Both the position numbers and the translations under genes were made by a program. This document shows positions 55,902-64,000 of a stretch of 64,000 nucleotides of DNA, one piece after another (positions within the stretch are counted from its first letter, which is position 1; the number at the start of each line of letters is the position of its first letter). The notes beneath the pieces are model-generated. The model had not been told where the DNA came from. It ran no database searches and saw only the letters and a list, made by a program, of their open reading frames with translations. Origin of the DNA: Eledone cirrhosa (lineage: Eukaryota); NCBI GenBank assembly GCA_964016885.1, contig OZ024740.1, positions 54,684,001 through 54,748,000 of the forward strand. Direction: 5' to 3'.

Positions 55902-56209
55902 TTGTGTGTGCGCGTGTGTGTGTGTGTGTTTGTGTGTGTGTCTGTTTGTGTGTGTCTGTCTATATATATATATATATAATGCGTAGACAGTCGAAGAGTG
56001 GGAATTGTCCTTTTGTGTGTGTTTCCTAAACAATATTTATTAGTAACCACACAGCGTCTTTGTCACTTGTATTTCATATATATGCATATGTGTGTTTATC
56101 TACTTTTATATTTATTCTTTTTCCTTTCCTTCTTCCTTTTCCAGCCTCACTTTCATATAGATTATACTTTTGTTTTTAAAATCCACTGTCAATAAATACA
56201 CCAGGATTT

Positions 56210-56270
56210 TTTCTTTCTGATGACTGAAAGCAAATTTTTTTTGCTTTCAAGAAACCACTGGTAAATGAAA
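56210..56270 (+). ncRNA. Type I hammerhead ribozyme in the 5' pLTR
   Basis: UUUCuUU-CUGAUGA-C UGAAAGCAAA...UUUGCUUUCA A-GAAA-CCACUGG-UA-AAUGAAA. Confidence 0.75.
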
Positions 56271-56482
56271 TAATTATCTTATGTTGTTTATTACATAACT
56301 AATAAGCTCTGTAACCCACATTGAGCACTCTTTTTCCTGGACCTTTCCGACGGAATTACTTCATTGATACAGCTCCAGCCGGGATTGATTGAAGCATATT
56401 CTATATTACATATATGATTGGCACTTTCTAGCCCGATTATTTGAGCACTCTACAGTTTTCAGGAATGTAACCAACATACACC

Positions 56483-58560
56483 ATGGATCTATATGAATTG
56501 GATTATTCAATCAAAAATATACCTACTCCTTCCAACACAACTTATACCAAACTGCTTATAGATACAATCTAACAAGTCGTTAAAAAATGAGATGGAAGGC
56601 AATGGTTTACGATGGACTATTCAGTGCTGATACAAATGCTTGTTTTTACATAAAATCCCGTAAATACCCACCTAGAATTAAAGACATGGCCAACTTCGAA
56701 TTAGACCTTGTTAATTTAATTAGTGATATCAAATTTCGTAAGTAGAATAATAATTTTCAAACTAAATTTTCTAACGATATTTCTAATTTTAAAAATTCTA
56801 CAAACACTTTTGTTCTTTCCGATAAAACTAAAAATCTCTTGAAGTTAATAGTATTTTGTATAACCAACTTTTAACTAATAGTATCACCAACAAATATTAA
56901 TTAGCTAACAATAACACCTACAATACTATTAATAAAGAAGCTAAAGAACTAGCTAGTTCTTTAAAAATAGACAACCGGATTGAAAGCCTAGCTAAACGTA
57001 AAGGATATATTACACTTAAAGACCATAAATTAGATTTTACTAATCGAACTAGCTGTAGACTGATTAACCCGGCTAAATTCGAAGTTGGTCTTGCAAGTAA
57101 AAAAATCTTAAGAAAAATAATTCTCCAAATTAGAACTAAGACTGACTTATCACAATGGTTAAATACATCCTCTGTTATTTCTGGGTATACAAGGTAAAAG
57201 TAAGTGTAGATTTCCCCAATTTGATATTGTTGATTTTTACCCTTCTATTACTGTTTCCTTATTAACTAAAGGCTTAGATTTTCCAAGACCCTTCATTAAT
57301 ATTTCTAAATTAGAAGAAGACATTATCTTTCATGCTACGAAAACTCTACTCTTTACTAATAAAATTATTTGGGTTAAAAAGTCAGCCCTGAAAACTCTTT
57401 TGATGTTGCAATGGGTTCATAAGACAGTGCGGATGTGTGTGACTTAGTAGGATTATTCCTTCTCCACACCCTTAAAGAGAAATTTCCTTCCCATAATATC
57501 GGTTCATACTCTGACGACGGATTGGCAGTTTCTCATACCACCAACGACCATAACCTTGATAAATTCCGTAAAGATTTAATCAATACTTTTGCTAACCTAA
57601 ACCTTAAAATTACTATAGATACGAACCTTACCAATGCTAACTTTCTTGATATTAATCTTGATCTACTTACTGCCTCTTTTAAACCTTATCATAAACCTAA
57701 CGAAAATCTAAGATATATACATAAAGAGTCTTGCCATCCCCTGATAGTTTTTAAAAATCTTATTAGCCGTAGGATGTCTACCTTATCTTCGTCTCTAGAC
57801 ATATTTAACAAAGCCGCCCCTTATTATAATAACGCCCTTAATAACAGCGGCTTTACAGAACACATTAAATATTTACCTACTCCTCCCCCTAAAACTAATC
57901 ACAATAATAGAAAAGGAAAATTATTTCGTTTACACCCTCCTCTCCCTAACTATCAAAACTAATGTAGGAAGGAAATTCCTTGACTTCTTAGACAAACAAA
58001 CATTTTCCCCCTAATAATATTATAAGATATTTAATATAAATGTAGTTAAAATCAGTTACTCTTGCTGCCCATCAATGAAGTATAAAATCCCCAATTCTAA
58101 TCGTACGAGAATAAATCCAGGATGCAGTTGCAGGAAGCCGGATGAATGCCCATTACATGGCAAACGTAATACCAAATCCGTTGTATACGAGGCCAAAGTG
58201 ACACCTTTGATTAACAACCAGCCAGCCAGGAGTGAACGATATGTTGGCATGACTCAGGATAGGTTCAAAACCAGGTTTTATGCACATGTCGCTTCTTTTA
58301 AACACTCTGATAAAATAGCAGCAACGGTTCTCGCAAATAAGGTGTGGGAATTCAAAGATAAACACATCCCGTACTCTTTCGATTGGTCTATTTTAGACCA
58401 TTCGAGGGAATACAAAGGGGCACAAAGAATTGTTCTTTGTGTACCACTGAAAAATTTAGAATTCTACAAAATTGAAAGCCACTTCAACTTGCCTGAACTC
58501 CAAGACCTAGATCTTAGGATGTTGTCCTCACATAAATCACATCTGCTCTGTAACTGGATT
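56483..58560 (+). pseudogene. Penelope-like RT + GIY-YIG ORF, many stops and frameshifts
   Basis: MDLYELDYSIKNIP, MRWKA, SDKT, ITLKDHK, CRLINP, FDIVDFYPSI, CDLVGL, YSDDGL, FLDI, SCHP, CSCRKPDECPL (CxCx5C), VVYEA...YVGMT..RFKTRF..H. Confidence 0.88.
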
Positions 58561-59544
58561 GATATTCCTACGATGATCAACCACCTTGAACTTCTCTGCT
58601 CTTTACGCCTTACATCCACTACGATTTTTATTACTCTCTGAACTCACTTTCTGTACCCTTATATACTTTTTCTCCCTTATCTCCCCTTATATTTAAACTT
58701 TTTCCTATGTTATTTATTTTCCTTATTCGTCCCTACTTTCTACCTTACCCTTTACATACCCAACTTTTTTATTTATAGATATTTATTTCTGTGAGTATGT
58801 ATGTGTTGTGTATATGTGTATATATATATATATGTATATATATATATGTGTATATAATTATATATATATCTGTATGTATATGTATGTGTATATATATATA
58901 TATATGTGTGTGTGTGTTTATATGTGTGTGTGTATTTTTATTAAGGTGATGACGTAACTTTTTGTATATATGGATGTGAATCCGAAATATATAGGGACAA
59001 TTAAATTTCTCCCAACGTAACTCTTTCTCGTGTTGTTATTTTTATTTTTATCCTTTACGCTCTTTCCTGCATTCCTCTACACGCTACAGTCTTATACACG
59101 CCACGCATCTCAACGTACACCCACTTACATCTCTCTCTCCACCACCGGATCTTGTTACCCGGAGATATACCCATCTGCATTGTCGAGGCTTCCAAACGGC
59201 TTAAAGAAATTTATATATATATATATATAATGGCCGTCGAAACGGCTTGAGCTTTGCCGTCGGGGTCATACATGTTCCTATATATATATATGTATTTGTA
59301 TGGCTGTGTGTGTGTGTAATTATATATATATGTGTGTATGTATATGCATAATTACATACAGAATGATATAATGTTTATTTTCATTAATTATTTGCTCCAT
59401 GAACTTGTTGAGTGCTCTAAATCAGCTATAAACATTTATACCTTTATCTATTTATTTATTTATTTATTATTTGTCGTATTCCCAACTATTTGTTTACGCC
59501 TTCCACCTTTTTATTTTTATAAATATATAATATTTATGTATTTT

Positions 59545-59600
<56 letters not shown>

Positions 59601-59620
59601 TATACATATATATATATATA

Positions 59621-59810
59621 CAGATTAGAGCAAACATCACGGACGCTCTATCTCAAAATTATTTTTGAAAAACATTAGAAATGCGCAACCGGTAAATCTT
59701 AAAACCAAAACTGAATACTAACCAATACTATTACTAATTTTCACTTATTCCTAATTAAACTATTTTTCACTTTGAACAATTTGTCAGCATTTTCTTTTCC
59801 GTTTCCCAAT
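59621..59810 (+). mobile_element. Solo 3' terminal (pLTR) fragment of the Neptune-like family
   Basis: Matches 37410-37600. Inserted in (TA)n. Confidence 0.85.
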
Positions 59811-59894
<84 letters not shown>

Positions 59895-60610
59895 GTGTGT
59901 GTATGTGTATGTGTGTGTATGTATATATTTATATGTGTGTATGTGTATCTGTAAATGTGTGTACTGCTTACCATGAGTGTTTGTTTATTTATTTGTGTCC
60001 TTTCCTGTATCGCTGTCAACTTTATAATAAGTTTTATTTTCTTAAATCGTATATTTTTTTTATTTTTATGTGACGGCCTATTGCATTATATGGTTGTTCA
60101 TTGTTTTTTTATTTTTTCTCATAATTAATTGTGTGTGTGCGTATGTAGGTGTGTGTACATATATATATATATGTTTGTGCGTATGTATGCGTGTATATAT
60201 GTGTGTATGTATGTGTGTGTATGTACGTGTGTATATATATATGGTTTATGTGTGTCTATATATATATGGTTATGTGTGTGTATATATATATATGTTTGTG
60301 TGTTTGTTTTATTTATGTGCATGTGTATGTATGGATATATATATAGTAACGAGTAGGACCCCGACGGCTGAGCTCAAGCCGTTTCGACGGCTAATTCTGG
60401 ACTAAAACAAAATTAGCCGTCGGGACGGCTTGAGCTCAGCCGTCGGAGTCCTAATCGTTCCTATCACCCACTCTACTACCCTAAGTATTGAGTACTTTGG
60501 TGCGTTATGGTTCATCTGGTTCCTTACCACATTTCCTACGTTATATATATATATATTTATATATATCTATATATATGTATATATGTATGTATATATATAT
60601 ATGTGTGTAT

Positions 60611-60676
<66 letters not shown>

Positions 60677-60840
60677 GGCTATGTATATATGTGTGTGTGC
60701 GTGTGTGTGAGTGTGTGTGTGTGTTCATGTGTGTTTATCTACTTTTATATTTATTATTTTTCCTTTCCTTCTTCCTTTTCCAGCCTCACTTTCACATAGA
60801 TTTTATTTTTGGTTTTTAAAATCCACTGTCAATAAATTTT

Positions 60841-60901
60841 TTTCATTCTGATGACTGAAAGAAAATTTTGTTTGCTTTCAAGAAACCACTGGTAAATGAA
60901 A
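60841..60901 (+). ncRNA. Type I hammerhead ribozyme in the 3' pLTR
   Basis: UUUCAUU-CUGAUGA-C UGAAAG...CUUUCA A-GAAA-CCACUGG-UA-AAUGAAA with a perfect 7-bp stem I. Confidence 0.78.
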
Positions 60902-60926
60902 TAATTATCTTATGTTGTTTATTACA

Positions 60927-60974
<48 letters not shown>

Positions 60975-61302
60975 TAAAACTTCATAAAGTAACAGTATAT
61001 ACATTGAGGGCCATAGGCAGATGTATATATATATATGTATGTATTTATACACTCATTTCGGAATGGATCATTCCTCTGAGCTGATCGACAGTGAAACATA
61101 TGTAATATGTAATAAATATGTATATGATGCAACACTTTATATATTAATACTATTGATACTCTGGTACCTAAGAGCGTCGAGTGCTCATCCGGCATAGAGC
61201 TTACGAACGCAATTAATGTGCTCCTTACCTCACACACACACCTATTTATATATAAGAAAATCATATACTAGAGAGAGGAGGGGGGCAAATACACAGACAG
61301 AC

Positions 61303-61354
<52 letters not shown>

Positions 61355-62383
61355 TAATATTCTATACTGACATGGATTATGCAAATAATTCTATACTGGT
61401 TGGCCGTTGGATTTCAAATTTAATTTTAGTTTTTGAAGAATAAAATAATCTTATTTTATTATCTTACAGACTTGCTTTTAACTAATTATAACATCACAAT
61501 AATTTAATAATGAAACGAGTTAAATGTTAATTTGTATTCCGTGTATAAATTATTTGAGTAATAATTGCGCGATCCCATTCTGGTTTGTAGAGACGCATCG
61601 TATATATATATATATGTTGCCTGGAGATTACATGCAAATATCTTATCGATTTAATACTTTATAAATTCCAGACTACGGTAAAGTGTCCTAACAAATATTC
61701 TTTGTTTCCTTGGTGCTTTGTATTTCGCAATAACAACTATTAAGGGCATACAGTGATGCTGATGCTTAAAATTAACGTCATGAATATTTGATGCGTTTCG
61801 TTTCAGCTTCTCATGTCCAAATTATTCTACGAATTCTGCTTTACACTATTACTTATCTAACCAATCAACTATTCATATTGTAGCCAACGCGAACTATAAG
61901 CAATCATAGCACCTAACGTGTATTCATGTGTCCAGAAGATTTATATATTCATTCTAGCCAATGTAGTCTTACTGACCTCAACTGCCACCTGATATTAACT
62001 TCGCACAACTGCATTACTTCAAAAGATCAATCCATATCAATTTTTTATAGTAGATTCGTATAGACTATATAGTTATATATCTGCGGGAGGCCTACTAATA
62101 TATTTCTGTTAAAATGCAGTATGGGAGAAAGAAAATCATATACTAATTACATTATAATTGATTAGTTTAAGTAGAAAGTATGTTGTTTATTGGTTCGTTC
62201 TTAATAAATCTATATATTCATTGCCCATGAATATATAATGTTAAGGAGGGAAAGAAAGAAGGCAATTAGCTGTTCCACTTTACAGAGCCCCGTTCCATTT
62301 CAACGATTTAATATCTGATTTCATTTTTCTGCAATTAAAATAACGGAAAGGTCGTCCTTACGGCAAACAGGAAGAAGCGGTGA

Positions 62384-62538
<155 letters not shown>

Positions 62539-62684
62539 CGGTGTGTGTGTATGCGAGACATCAGGGGATAGTCACAAATGTCTCCATCTCACTTATGCTT
62601 TTAAAATCATAAAACTGTGAAACTTGTAAATTTATTGTAAAATATTTCCCTGGAGGCTCCACTGACACTTTCAACTTCTTCCCC

Positions 62685-62737
<53 letters not shown>

Positions 62738-63019
62738 TGTGTGTGTGTATAACGATCATCTACACGAAGAAATATGTTATCCTAGGTAATCCATCCCAAG
62801 TAATGTTTTGTCTATTGTATAATGTAGTTATAGAAAAGTAAATGATAGTGGTTTAACTAGACTGACAAGGAAACTAAAGTTCTTTAGCCAGTAATACAAC
62901 TCAGAAATGTAACATTTACTACCCACTGATCATCATACATTCTTTCGTCCAGTGTTCAACCGATTCGACTATTCGGCACGTCACTGAAATCTGTCGAAAT
63001 TAAATGGTATATTATAATA

Positions 63020-63200
63020 TATTTGGTGGTTGTGGGGAAATCGGGCAGAATGCTTTGCGGTAATTGGTCGAGGCACTAAACGTTTTAAATTTAAATATAA
63101 GCAATTCAACTTTACATTTTGTCCGTCTTGTGCCAATGAAATAAATAAGTAGTCAAGTGGAAGATTGGAATCTTATATAACCCACCTTTCTACAAACAAA
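63020..63200 (+). mobile_element. Very old SINE copy (family of 4230-4405)
   Basis: gggcagaatgctttgcggtaatt ... caactttacatttt ... aaataaataagta. Weak similarity only. Confidence 0.35.
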
Positions 63201-63629
63201 TAACCTTTATAGTTAGTGAACTCTATATGTAAATTATGTTATAGCCCCAGTTCAGCCCTAACACAGAAGTTCTTTAATCAGAAATTCGAGATATGAATAC
63301 TCGTATCAAATATTGTATTAATTAGTCTCCATCATTTTATAGATAGTAAACTAAGGTTTGAGTGAGATAGGCTACAATTACTTTCAGAAAAAAATAACTT
63401 AAAAGCCTCAGAACATTTGCCGATGTTCTGTGAAGATTTGTTGGTGTCGTTTAAATCCTGCTCAGGAACAATTGGGCAAACCTATTATCAAATACATTCT
63501 ATTTGTTGCGATATCGCTGTATTGGTTGTATATATTGCAACATTATATAGTACCCTACTATTATTTAAGACGGGAGACAGTTTAATTATAGGATGATTTG
63601 CCTACTATATTGAGAGTATACCGTGTGAC

Positions 63630-63850
63630 AATTTTACAGGCATATACTCAAATCAGGCCCATTCACTCGCATCATGCTTGCCACTCTCACACACCTTTCA
63701 ACGAACTAATTTTCTTCTTCAAGTAAAACCTGAAATAGTTAATCAAGGCTTCGCTGAAGGGGAAAATATGTTTCTTAACCCTTTCAAACGCGTCAACCAC
63801 ACGACCTCTGTCGCCACAGCCACCAATCAGATAAAAAATGTATTCTTACG
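63630..63850 (-). mobile_element. Tx1/L1-group LINE 3' fragment
   Basis: Minus strand cgtttgaaagggttaaga...ttgattaactatttca...cgagtgaatgggcct...ctgtaa aligns with 9740-9978. Confidence 0.75.
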
Positions 63851-64000
63851 GAAAGGCTACTTTAAAAAAGAAGACGATTATCATTGTCCTGGTGTTGATT
63901 TGTGCTCTTAGCATGGTGATAAAGAACCTTGAGAACTGCCTGTTGAAGAGCTTTGCACCAGGGATTGAATCGATCCAGCAAACATACCTACTGGAACATC

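Larger units (their letters stand above)
56088..60932 (+). mobile_element. Penelope-like element (Naiad-like) bounded by direct pLTRs 56088-56301 and 60727-60932
   Basis: Direct ~210-bp repeats, each with a hammerhead, flank a decayed RT + GIY-YIG ORF. The 3' region contains later insertions. Confidence 0.8.

Noticed and set aside
56483-58560. Selenocysteine recoding as reported for some Naiad elements
   Set aside because: The conserved Cys positions I checked (CRLINP, SYSC, CxCx5C) use TGT/TGC, not TGA.
58945-59000. gtgatga...ggat-gtga-atcc-gaaa hammerhead-like string
   Set aside because: No stem I, stem III or NUH site.
61050-61110. GAAA-CAUAUG-UA palindromic stem III
   Set aside because: No matching CUGANGA with stem I upstream; at most a truncated remnant.

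Overview
AT-rich, microsatellite-dense eukaryotic DNA. The SINE types and repeat texture suggest a mollusc, probably an octopus (inference). I can support no host protein-coding exon. The window is a nested transposon landscape: Tx1/L1-group LINEs, an R4/Dong-type LINE, a decayed RTE LINE split by a full-length ~7 kb Helitron, non-autonomous Helitrons, two Penelope-like elements (one Neptune-like inverted doublet, one Naiad-like), SINEs, an RTE-derived tandem array and a tRNA-Ile pseudogene. The most interesting signal is about six unrelated short repeat families embedded in (TA)n. They carry type I hammerhead ribozyme folds arranged as tandem and/or inverted copies (Penelope pLTR or retrozyme architecture). 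Several have family-conserved non-canonical cores: U3-A8, CAGANGA (U4A), GCAA (A13C), a C-A closure of stem II, and greatly expanded stem II domains. All structures were folded by eye and none has been tested for activity. Most short ORFs in the track are microsatellite or antisense artefacts.
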